Shown here in pieces: positions 30,665 to 38,752 of a stretch of 64,000 nucleotides of DNA. The stretch is from an uncultured Acidimicrobiia bacterium (lineage in GTDB: Bacteria; Actinomycetota; Acidimicrobiia; Spongiisociales; UBA5794). Both the position numbers and the translations under genes were made by a program. Below the pieces are notes generated by a model. It was given only the letters and a program-made list of their open reading frames with translations, did not search any database and was not told where the DNA came from. The stretch covers positions 1,537,140 through 1,601,139 of the forward strand of contig CAVWBO010000007.1 of the NCBI GenBank assembly GCA_963753185.1, written 5' to 3'. Numbering within the stretch: the first letter of the stretch is position 1; every line of letters starts with the position of its first letter.

Positions 30665-31962
30665 GGTGTCGCCCCGAGCCTTGCCGTCACCGAGTTCGCG
30701 TGCGCGGTGAAGCCCTCGGCGCTCGCGATGGCGAGGATCGTCGGCGCCAGTGCGATCAGGCCGTCGCGGGTGAGGGTCTGCACCTGGCGCCACGAACCGA
30801 AGTCCTCCACAGCGAGCGGCCCATACGAACGCGCGAGGCCTCCCGTCGGCAGGACATGGTTCGCACCCGTTGCGTAGTCACCTGCCGCCTCCGGTGTCCA
30901 CGTCCCGATGAACACCGATCCCGCGTTCGGCACGCTGTCGGCAGCCTGCCTGGCGTCGGGTGCATGGATCGAGAGATGTTCAGGCGCCCACTCGTTGGCG
31001 AACTCCAGTGCCTGTGGGAGGTCCCTGGCGATGGCAACGAGCCCGTGGTTCACGAGTGCCGCGGCGATCGCCTCCCTGCGCTCCAGTCGGGGGAGGGCAG
31101 CGTCGATCTCGGCAAGGACATCCGACGCCATCGATGCGTCGGTCACGATGAGGGCGACAGCGGATTCGGCACCGTGCTCGGCCTGGCACATGACATCGGC
31201 GGCGACGACCACGGGGTCTGCTTTGCCGTCCACAACGACCGCTGCCTCGCTCGGCCCAGCCGGAAGGTCGATGCCGCAGGATCCGAACACCGCGAGCTTG
31301 GCGGCGGTCACCCACGGTCCTCCCGGTCCCACGATCTTGTCGACGCGTTCGATCGTCTCTGTTCCGTGTGCGAGCGCGGCGACCGCCTGCGCACCTCCCA
31401 TTGCATACACCGTGTCGACGTCGAGGAGGTGCGCAGCGGCGAGGACGACCGGGTCGACGACGCCATCTGGACCCGCCGGGGTCGCCACGACGACCCTGGG
31501 GACACCCGCGATCGCGGCTGGTACGACGCCCATGATCAGGGAAGAGGGATACAGTCCGCGACCGCCGGGCACGTACACGCCGACTGACGACAACGGTGTC
31601 CAAATGCGCTCGACGGTGACACCACCGATCGGGCTGACCGCGGTATCACTCGGCCGCTGTGGTCGATGCACGGTGGTGACGTGCCTGATCGATTCCTGCA
31701 GGGCCGTGAGGAGTGCAGGTGCGATGATCCCGGGTGCCTTCTCGATGTCCTCCGTCGGCACGACATGGGAGCCATCGGCGAGCGCGCCTCCATGCACAGA
31801 GCTGAAGCGGTCGAGCGCCGTGTCCCCGCCGGCGGCGACCTCGGCGACGATCGATGCCGCGAGTGCGAAGACCTCGGGGTCGGGCAGCGCCGAGCGGATC
31901 ACGGACGACGATCGGGTGGCCAGGTCGCGCGTGAGGTCGAACGTCGGGATCTCGATGGTCAT
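30661..31962 (-). CDS. hisD: Histidinol dehydrogenase
   Basis: It contains QAEHG and IDLPAGPSE, and is 434 aa. Confidence 0.9.
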   Translation of the reverse strand: MTIEIPTFDLTRDLATRSSSVIRSALPDPEVFALAASIVAEVAAGGDTALDRFSSVHGGALADGSHVVPTEDIEKAPGIIAPALLTALQESIRHVTTVHRPQRPSDTAVSPIGGVTVERIWTPLSSVGVYVPGGRGLYPSSLIMGVVPAAIAGVPRVVVATPAGPDGVVDPVVLAAAHLLDVDTVYAMGGAQAVAALAHGTETIERVDKIVGPGGPWVTAAKLAVFGSCGIDLPAGPSEAAVVVDGKADPVVVAADVMCQAEHGAESAVALIVTDASMASDVLAEIDAALPRLERREAIAAALVNHGLVAIARDLPQALEFANEWAPEHLSIHAPDARQAADSVPNAGSVFIGTWTPEAAGDYATGANHVLPTGGLARSYGPLAVEDFGSWRQVQTLTRDGLIALAPTILAIASAEGFTAHANSVTARLGATP

Positions 31963-32807
31963 GCGAGGACCTGGTCGACTGGCAGGACCAGGATCCCGGA
32001 GGCACCTGCGTCCTTGAGCCTCGGCAACACGTGCCACACATCGGCTGCGTCGACGACCGAGTGAACGGCGACCTTGCCCTCGACGGCGAGCGGCACGACC
32101 GTTGGCGCGTCGATGCCGGGGATGATTCGGGAGATGGCACCGACCGAGCTCGTCGGGGCGTTCATCACGACGTACCGCCTCCGCAATGCTGCCATCGCGG
32201 CGCGCAGCATCGTCACCACGGTGTCCGCAGTCTCTGAACGGGCCGCTCCCGTCGCCTCGACGAGGACGGCCTGGGATTCGAGGAGCGTCGCGATCGGCCG
32301 GAGGCCGTTCACCAACATGGTCGAGCCAGACGACACGAGGTCGGCGACCGCGTCGGCGATGTCGAGCTTCGGGGCGACTTCCACAGAGCCGGCGAGCGGA
32401 ACGGTGGTCACCGCGATGCCCTTGCCGGAGAAGAAGCGCTCCACCGTGTTCGGGTGCGAGGTCGCGACCCGCAGCGAGGCGAGGTCCTCGATGCTCGTCA
32501 TGGCGGACTCATCAGGCACGGCGGCGACGAGGGAGCACCGCCCGAAGCCGAGCTCGAGGGCGACCTCCAGGGGTGCCTGCATCTCGCGGATCATGTCGAG
32601 CCCGGTGACGCCGAGGTCAGCGACTCCGTCGGCGACGAGTTCGCCAACGTCCTTCGCACGGACGAAGAGGAGCTCGATCGGGGCATCGAGGACCGGTACC
32701 GCGAGGCTTCGCTCTGTCCGTTCGAAGCGAAACCCTGCCCTTCGGAACAGCTCGGTCGCCGGCTGTTCGAGCCGTCCCTTGTTCGGGAGCACGATCCGAA
32801 GTGTCAT
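31959..32807 (-). CDS. hisG: ATP phosphoribosyltransferase, long form with a C-terminal regulatory domain
   Basis: It starts MTLRIVLPNKGRL, contains DLVSSGSTM, and is 283 aa. Confidence 0.9.
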   Translation of the reverse strand: MTLRIVLPNKGRLEQPATELFRRAGFRFERTERSLAVPVLDAPIELLFVRAKDVGELVADGVADLGVTGLDMIREMQAPLEVALELGFGRCSLVAAVPDESAMTSIEDLASLRVATSHPNTVERFFSGKGIAVTTVPLAGSVEVAPKLDIADAVADLVSSGSTMLVNGLRPIATLLESQAVLVEATGAARSETADTVVTMLRAAMAALRRRYVVMNAPTSSVGAISRIIPGIDAPTVVPLAVEGKVAVHSVVDAADVWHVLPRLKDAGASGILVLPVDQVLA

Positions 32808-33124
32808 TCGGAATCCCTTCGCTCGATGCCCGCACGTTCGAGTGCTTCGACATACCCACCGGTGCCATGACGGAGCCACTGGGCGATCCTCGTGATCGTC
32901 GCCGTGGAAACGCCTGTGAGTTCGTGGATCTCGCGGTACGAGTGGCCCTCGGCAAGGCGTCTCACGACCTCCCACCGCGACGTCATCTCCTCGAGCTCAC
33001 GGCGCGTGCAGAGGTCTCGGAAGAAGCGTGCCGCCTCGTCGCGGGTCGTCAGGTCGACGATGGCATCCATGAGCGCGGCGGTCGACGCGTTGCGCCAGTC
33101 GTCCGATGTTGGCTGTGTCGTCAA
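32804..33124 (-). CDS. TrpR-related YerC/YecD-family DNA-binding protein, the first gene of the his operon
   Basis: It has a Trp-repressor-like HTH (SYREIHELTGVSTATITR). It starts at TTG and overlaps the hisG start as ATGA. Confidence 0.7.
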   Translation of the reverse strand: MTTQPTSDDWRNASTAALMDAIVDLTTRDEAARFFRDLCTRRELEEMTSRWEVVRRLAEGHSYREIHELTGVSTATITRIAQWLRHGTGGYVEALERAGIERRDSE

Positions 33125-33171
33125 GGTGTATCTCCGACCGGGTCTGTTGCTAGCGCCTTAGTGTAATAGCA

Positions 33172-33187
33172 TGATAGCACGCTATCA
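33172..33187. promoter_or_regulatory. Perfect inverted repeat TGATAGC-AC-GCTATCA in the AT-rich yerC-like/hisA divergent promoter region. It is a candidate operator.
   Basis: It lies in a 102-nt intergenic region that is unusually AT-rich for this genome. The region has ATAGC direct repeats and a TAGAAT -10-like hexamer at 33192-33197. Confidence 0.35.
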
Positions 33188-33226
33188 CATCTAGAATCCA
33201 CCATCCCCAACCAGCGCGAGCCAACC

Positions 33227-33952
33227 ATGGACATCATCCCGGCAGTTGACATCCTCGACGGCGCCGTCGTGAGGCTGCTTCGTGGCTCGTACGACGAGGT
33301 GACGACCTATGGACGGGACCCCGTCGCCGTCGGCGCTCGCTTCGTCGCCGAGGGAGCACCGCTGATCCACGTCGTGGACCTCGGCGCGGCGCGCAACGGG
33401 ATCCGCGACCTGGCGGCCCTCGAGGCCCTCGCCCGGGCCGGGATCCCGTTCCAGGCAGGTGGGGGAGTGAGGACAGCAGCGGACGCCATCCGGACACTCG
33501 AGGCCGGAGCCCTCCGAGTCGTGGTCGGGTCCGTGCTCACTTCGGGGAGCGATGAGTCGTACGGGATCGTCGAGGTCGCTGGACCCGGTCGCGTCGTGGC
33601 GGCGATCGACGTGCGCGCAGGCAAGGCGAAGGGATCCGGTTGGCTCGACGAGGGTGTCCCGCTCTCGGACATGGTGGCGAGGGTGGTTGCACTCGAAATA
33701 CCCCGTGCGCTGGTCACGGGAATCGACCGCGACGGGACCATGGACGGACCGGACATCGATCTCCTTGGCACGGTCCGTGAGCATGGTCCGCGGCTCGCCC
33801 TCATCGCGTCTGGCGGCGTCGGCTCCCTGGAGGATCTCGCCGTGCTCAGGTCCTCGGAGGTCCATGTGGAAGCCGCGATCGTCGGCAAGGCGCTCTACGA
33901 ATCGCGCTTCACGGTCGCCGAGGCGGTCGCGTCCCTCTCTCGCACGGGATGA
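33227..33952 (+). CDS. hisA: Phosphoribosylformimino-5-aminoimidazole carboxamide ribotide isomerase (HisA; PriA-like in Actinobacteria)
   Basis: It starts MDIIPAVDILDGAVVRL and has a (beta/alpha)8 fold with the SGGVGSLEDL motif. Confidence 0.85.
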   Translation: MDIIPAVDILDGAVVRLLRGSYDEVTTYGRDPVAVGARFVAEGAPLIHVVDLGAARNGIRDLAALEALARAGIPFQAGGGVRTAADAIRTLEAGALRVVVGSVLTSGSDESYGIVEVAGPGRVVAAIDVRAGKAKGSGWLDEGVPLSDMVARVVALEIPRALVTGIDRDGTMDGPDIDLLGTVREHGPRLALIASGGVGSLEDLAVLRSSEVHVEAAIVGKALYESRFTVAEAVASLSRTG

Positions 33953-33957
33953 ACGCG

Positions 33958-33993
33958 CACGGGGGTGCGAACCTCGAGATTCGCACCCCCGTG
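33958..33993. terminator. Bidirectional terminator hairpin between convergent hisA and the LPXTG protein gene
   Basis: CACGGGGGTGCGAA-cctcgaga-TTCGCACCCCCGTG has a 14-bp perfect stem. Confidence 0.5.
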
Positions 33994-34024
33994 ATCGGCG
34001 CCCTGTTCTCAGGGAACCTCGGTG

Positions 34025-36130
34025 TCAGACCACCTCGGCACTCGGGTCTTCGTCACGGCGTCTGGTCACCGCGAGCGCGGTTGTGCCGATGATGACGAGG
34101 GCGATACCGACGATGGCGAACTGATCGCTCGAGAGCCCGGTATCGGGGAGTGTTGCGACGACCCCGAAATCGGCAGCGAGGAACGACTGACCCTCAGCCA
34201 GCGTGACGTTGAACAGACCGGGCGTCGTCAACTTCAGGTTGCCCTCGGATGGCGTCGGCAGCGAGCTCATGATGAGTTCGACCTTGTACGTCCCCGCAGG
34301 CAGAGCCGAGAAGAGGTAGAGGCCATTCGCGTTCGTCGTTGTCTCGATGGTGGACCCGTCTGGGAGCGTCAGGCGCACGCGGGCACCGGCGATTCCCTTC
34401 TCACCGTTGTCCTGGATCCCGTTGGCGTTCTCGTCGGACCACACCGTGTCACCGATCGTTCCGGATGCCGCGACCCGTCCGAAGGTCGCTGTGGACTCGG
34501 CAGGTCCGACCGGCCTTCCCTCGGGATCCACGCCGCTCGTCACCGCGGTGTTGCTACCCGGTGCGCCTGCGATGACCGTGCTATCGCACTCGAAGGTCAC
34601 ACTCTGGCCCGCAGGGAGGATGAGCTCGTCTCCAGCGGCCCATCCCTCGGCTCGGATGGCAGCGTCGAAGGCCGCCTCGCACTGGGGTGCGTTCGCATCG
34701 GTGAGCGATACCTGCCTCAGATCGAAGCCGTTCGGGTTCGTAACGGTGATCCGCCAGCTCGCCCTCGTCTCAGGCCCCGGTAGGAGACCATCGCTCGCCC
34801 AGGCGGGTGGTGTCCCGAGCTGATTCCAGACCTCCTTGACGATCTCGATTGTGCCTTCCTGTGGCGTCTCGACGACGGTCACAGGCTCGTCATCAACGTC
34901 GGTGACCTGTGGCCCTGCTGGTGGCACACCCACGACTACGGCGGTGTTGTCAAACGATGCCGTGAGAGGATCCGTGGTGCACGTATACGAGAAGGACTCG
35001 CCCACGTCGAGGGTTCCGTCGAACGCACCCCCGGGAATCGTTGTCATTCCGCCTGCGCCGAAGTCGCACGAGGGCGTCTGCTCGTCCGTCACAACGACGT
35101 CCGTGAGTGGCACCTGCCCGGTGTTCACAACCGTGATAGTGAAGGTCGCGGTGCCACCGGGTGCAACCTCGGAGTCCTCCGTCTCCTTCGTGATGTCGAT
35201 TCCTGCAGGCAGGGGATCAAGGGCGACGCATATCGCATGGACGCTGTTGATCTCGGTACCGACTGCTGCGTGCTCGACCGTCACCTGGGTCTGGTCATCG
35301 CCGACGACGAGCCGATTGGCGAATGTGCCCTGGGCGAAATCGGTCGTGTCGGGGATGTCCGTTGTCGGATCACTCACGGCGTCCCCGATCCGGAGGCGCC
35401 AGATCTCCTCGAGTTGTGCCTGACCCGGTTTGAAGTCATGCCAGTCGTACGACGCCCAGCTGACGGAGTAGGTGCCTGCCGGCACCGACGTCGCGATCGG
35501 CCCTACCGTCCAGCCCTGCTGGAGCATGAATCCGCCGTCACCGGTTGGATCGTCTCCGAAGATGTCGATGATGATCCGACCCTGTGCGGGGCCATAGGGG
35601 CACACGAGCGTCGGGGTGTAGTGGGACCGGTCGCTGTCGGTGACGGTTCCCTGCTGGCCAACGACGGTCCCCGTGGCGGTCGCCGTGTTGACGTGGAGCT
35701 GCATGCTGCGGGTGAAGAGCGAGACCGAGCTCGCGCTGCACTCGATCGACTCCCCGGCGGCGAGGGTGATCGAGCCATTCACCTGCCCTGAGCACGAGAT
35801 CGAAGCACCCTGCGTGTTGTCGTCCGCTACGGTGATGTTCTCGACGGCTACGCCGCCGTCGTTCGTGACGACGTAGATCCACGTGACGGGATCCTCAGCA
35901 GGTATCACCGGTCCTGGAGGATCGTCAGCGTCCTGGCCGTTCGTCGACTTCTCGATCGTCAGCGAGGGTGCTATGTCGAGCACCACCGCGTCTTGCTCGG
36001 TGTCGTCCTCTGCGTGGGCGGCCTGGACCGCCCCTGGCATGACGGCCAATGAGGCGAGGGCCAGCGCGGCCGCAATCACGATCACCAGCAATCGACGAGT
36101 GACCCCATCTGGGGACCATGTATCAGGCAT
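34025..36130 (-). CDS. LPXTG-anchored cell-surface protein with DUF11 (CARDB-like) repeats and an SdrD-B / Cna-B-type domain
   Basis: It has a signal peptide. It contains an SdrD-B repeat (GDTVWSDENANGIQDNGEKGIAGARVRLTLPDG...GTYKV). The C-terminus has LPDTG, a hydrophobic segment and an RRRDED tail. Confidence 0.75.
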   Translation of the reverse strand: MPDTWSPDGVTRRLLVIVIAAALALASLAVMPGAVQAAHAEDDTEQDAVVLDIAPSLTIEKSTNGQDADDPPGPVIPAEDPVTWIYVVTNDGGVAVENITVADDNTQGASISCSGQVNGSITLAAGESIECSASSVSLFTRSMQLHVNTATATGTVVGQQGTVTDSDRSHYTPTLVCPYGPAQGRIIIDIFGDDPTGDGGFMLQQGWTVGPIATSVPAGTYSVSWASYDWHDFKPGQAQLEEIWRLRIGDAVSDPTTDIPDTTDFAQGTFANRLVVGDDQTQVTVEHAAVGTEINSVHAICVALDPLPAGIDITKETEDSEVAPGGTATFTITVVNTGQVPLTDVVVTDEQTPSCDFGAGGMTTIPGGAFDGTLDVGESFSYTCTTDPLTASFDNTAVVVGVPPAGPQVTDVDDEPVTVVETPQEGTIEIVKEVWNQLGTPPAWASDGLLPGPETRASWRITVTNPNGFDLRQVSLTDANAPQCEAAFDAAIRAEGWAAGDELILPAGQSVTFECDSTVIAGAPGSNTAVTSGVDPEGRPVGPAESTATFGRVAASGTIGDTVWSDENANGIQDNGEKGIAGARVRLTLPDGSTIETTTNANGLYLFSALPAGTYKVELIMSSLPTPSEGNLKLTTPGLFNVTLAEGQSFLAADFGVVATLPDTGLSSDQFAIVGIALVIIGTTALAVTRRRDEDPSAEVV

Positions 36131-36387
36131 CGTGCCTTCCTCCGCCTTGTCGTGTCCGAGGCCATCGGCCCCTGTTTCGCCACGTCCTGCCTGTCAAGGC
36201 TCGTGACTCGTTCACACCGCCGGTAGCCCCACCGGCTGTGTGTCTCGTTTGCTATTGGTTCATTCTCCCAGATCCGGGACCTCTGTCGTCGCACCGACAT
36301 GGGTCGGGAGACCCAAAGGTGGATCTCACTGCACCGTAGGGCCACTAAGGGTGGTCGTAAAGCACCAATGTGTGGTCGGTGGTCTAT

Positions 36388-38286
36388 CTAGTCACCGCCG
36401 AGCGCCGATCGTACATGATGGATGGCCACCGTGGTCGCATGGGGGTCGTCGCGCATCGCCCGGATGGCGGCACCCCTGAGCAGTCCGTCGAGATCGGCGA
36501 AGGACATTCCCTCCGTCATCGCAACGAGATCGCTTCGATCCACATCCTCGTCGAGCGGCACCGACGTCATTTCGAAGAACGTCAACCTCGCCTCCGGCCC
36601 GGGGAGATCGAGCAGGAGGTGGACCTCGAATCGGCCAGGTCGAAGCAACGCAGGATCGATGAGGTCGATGCGGTTCGTGGCGCCGATCACGAAGACGTCG
36701 CCGCGCCTCGCGACGCCGTCGAGTTCCGTCAACAACGCAGCAACGACGGTGTCCGTGACGTTGTTCGTGGACGACCCGCGTACGGGTGCGAGCGCATCCA
36801 ACTCGTCGAAGAAGACGATGGCAGGCGCAACAGCGCCCGCACGGGCGAAGACCTCGCGCACGCCGCGCTCGGATTCCCCGACCCATTTGTCGAGGAGCTC
36901 TGCGCCCTTGATCGAGAAGAACGCCGCTCCTGACTCGTGCGCGAGTGCCCTGATCACGTAGGTCTTGCCTGTTCCGGGCGGGCCATGGAGCAACAGGCCC
37001 CTCGGGGGCTGGATTCCCATGCGGGAGAACCGCTGTGGGTCGGTCAGTTGCCAGATGACGGTTTCGGTCAGTACCTGCTTGACGTCGACGAGATTGGCCA
37101 CCCGTTCGAAGCCGTATGACGGGATGGATCCAAGGGAGGTCGTGCCCATGGACGGCGGAGTCGCTCGGATGGCGGCGAGAACGGCATCGGTGCTGAGCAC
37201 GCCGTTCGTCGCCGCGCGGGCATCGAGGACGGCGGTGCTGATGTCGAGGGCGGAGAAACCGGGTGATGCGTTCGCCAGGGCGTCGATGTCGATGCCCTGC
37301 ACGCCGATCGCTGCGCTCAGGAGGGCTCTTCGGCGCTCGAGGGTCGGTGCCGTGATCTCGAGCGTCCTTCTGAGGAGGTCCTGGGCGTCGAGGTCCGAGG
37401 CGATCGAGGGACGGGTCGAGCTGACCACGACGGCGACACCCGGTGTTGCGGCGACCGTATCGAGGAACCATCTCGTGACGGCGGCCGCCTGGTGTCGCAC
37501 ACCGGATTCGCGTTCGAGGAGCGGATCGAGCCTGTCGACGAGGAGTATCGTGCCCGGCCGGGCGTTCGACACGGCCCGCTCGAACGTCGCCAGCAGTCTT
37601 TCCGGGGTCGTGACGGTCCGTAGGTCGATCGCTGTGACGGCAAGGCCGAGCGTGTCGGCGGCGCTCTTCACGAGTTCGGATCTCCCCGAGCCCATCGGTC
37701 CGCTCACCGTGACACCCGCCACGGGTTCATGACCGGCTGCGCCTGCCCCGGTGAGGAGGCGCAGCCAACCGATCAGCAACTCGAGCTCGTTCTCGAGGCC
37801 GGCGACCATCATCGAGGTCTCGGACTCCGGTCGACGTTCAGATCCGCCCGGAGCCACGTCATTGCGCAGTGGTGTGACCACCGCGGTCGTACCGGCGGTG
37901 ACGACCGCGGGTGACTCCGGTTCGACCAGTACCACGGTGATGACGCCCTCGGCGGTTGGGAACCGGTCCCCGGTTGCGACGGGAAGCGATAGGAGGTCCC
38001 GTGGCACGGAGTGGACGGGCTCGCCGTCCAGCTCGAGGTACACCCTCGCTGCCTGTGGCACCACGAGTCGCGTGACGTCGACGGCACCTCCGGGGCTTCC
38101 CGCTCCGTTCGAGAATGCGAACTCGGGGATCGCAAGGTCGTTCGGTGCCTTCATGTCCCGGGGCGTCACTCGGACCTGGGTGGACCCGACCCTGACAACG
38201 CCGCCGCCCGGTAGTCCGAGGGCCGCCAGCATCGCTGGATCGGCATGGGCGACGACGTCGTCGGTGGATCGGAGTACGAAGCGCAT
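36388..38286 (-). CDS. CDC48/VCP-like AAA+ ATPase with two AAA modules
   Basis: It has an N-terminal CDC48-type domain. The D1 Walker A is degenerate (GPMGSGRS). D2 is canonical (GPPGTGKT ... FFDELDAL). Confidence 0.8.
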   Translation of the reverse strand: MRFVLRSTDDVVAHADPAMLAALGLPGGGVVRVGSTQVRVTPRDMKAPNDLAIPEFAFSNGAGSPGGAVDVTRLVVPQAARVYLELDGEPVHSVPRDLLSLPVATGDRFPTAEGVITVVLVEPESPAVVTAGTTAVVTPLRNDVAPGGSERRPESETSMMVAGLENELELLIGWLRLLTGAGAAGHEPVAGVTVSGPMGSGRSELVKSAADTLGLAVTAIDLRTVTTPERLLATFERAVSNARPGTILLVDRLDPLLERESGVRHQAAAVTRWFLDTVAATPGVAVVVSSTRPSIASDLDAQDLLRRTLEITAPTLERRRALLSAAIGVQGIDIDALANASPGFSALDISTAVLDARAATNGVLSTDAVLAAIRATPPSMGTTSLGSIPSYGFERVANLVDVKQVLTETVIWQLTDPQRFSRMGIQPPRGLLLHGPPGTGKTYVIRALAHESGAAFFSIKGAELLDKWVGESERGVREVFARAGAVAPAIVFFDELDALAPVRGSSTNNVTDTVVAALLTELDGVARRGDVFVIGATNRIDLIDPALLRPGRFEVHLLLDLPGPEARLTFFEMTSVPLDEDVDRSDLVAMTEGMSFADLDGLLRGAAIRAMRDDPHATTVAIHHVRSALGGD

Positions 38287-38353
38287 GGACCGAGTCTGCC
38301 GGTGCCGCGCGCGCTGTGCAATACGGAGTCCTCCCCCCGGCTACCGTGGTGCG

Positions 38354-38689
38354 ATGTCGTACGCATCGATGAGTGATCTGGAGCGACTCGACCTGCGAAT
38401 CGGAACTGTCACGGATGCGCGGCCGAACACCGGATCGAGGGATCCGGCGCTGTGCCTGTGGATCGACCTCGGACCGGACCGCGGCGTGGTGCAGTCGTCG
38501 GCGAAGATCACCGACGTGTACCCACCGGAGGCAATCGTCGGCACACAGGTCGTGGTTGTGGCCGGCTTCGAACCGATGCGCGTCGGCGGGTTTCGGTCGG
38601 ACGTCCTCGTTCTCGGCGCCCTCGCCCCGGACGGTGTGGTCGTCCTCCGACCCGATGTCGACGTCGCTGACGGCACTCCGATCGCCTAG
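38354..38689 (+). CDS. CsaA/Trbp111-like tRNA-binding (EMAP/Myf) domain protein
   Basis: It contains LDLRIGTVTDARPN...LCLWIDLG in an OB-fold tRNA-binding pattern. Confidence 0.65.
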   Translation: MSYASMSDLERLDLRIGTVTDARPNTGSRDPALCLWIDLGPDRGVVQSSAKITDVYPPEAIVGTQVVVVAGFEPMRVGGFRSDVLVLGALAPDGVVVLRPDVDVADGTPIA

Positions 38690-38752
38690 CTTCCAGAGGA
38701 TTCGATCGGCTCTGATGGGTACCGGCGGTTCAGCCAGCCGGTGCCGTGGCCA

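Noticed and set aside
30595-32017. Plus-strand ORFs 30595..31587 and 30908..32017
   Set aside because: They are antisense to hisD, which is unambiguous on the minus strand.
33125-33226. Possible His-codon leader peptide / attenuator for the his operon
   Set aside because: No run of His codons and no mini-ORF are present on the minus strand. Regulation is more likely via the YerC-like repressor and the palindrome.
36392-37471. 359-aa alternative-frame ORF inside the AAA ATPase gene
   Set aside because: It shares the strand but is out of frame with the conserved CDC48-like reading frame. It has an Arg/Pro-rich composition.
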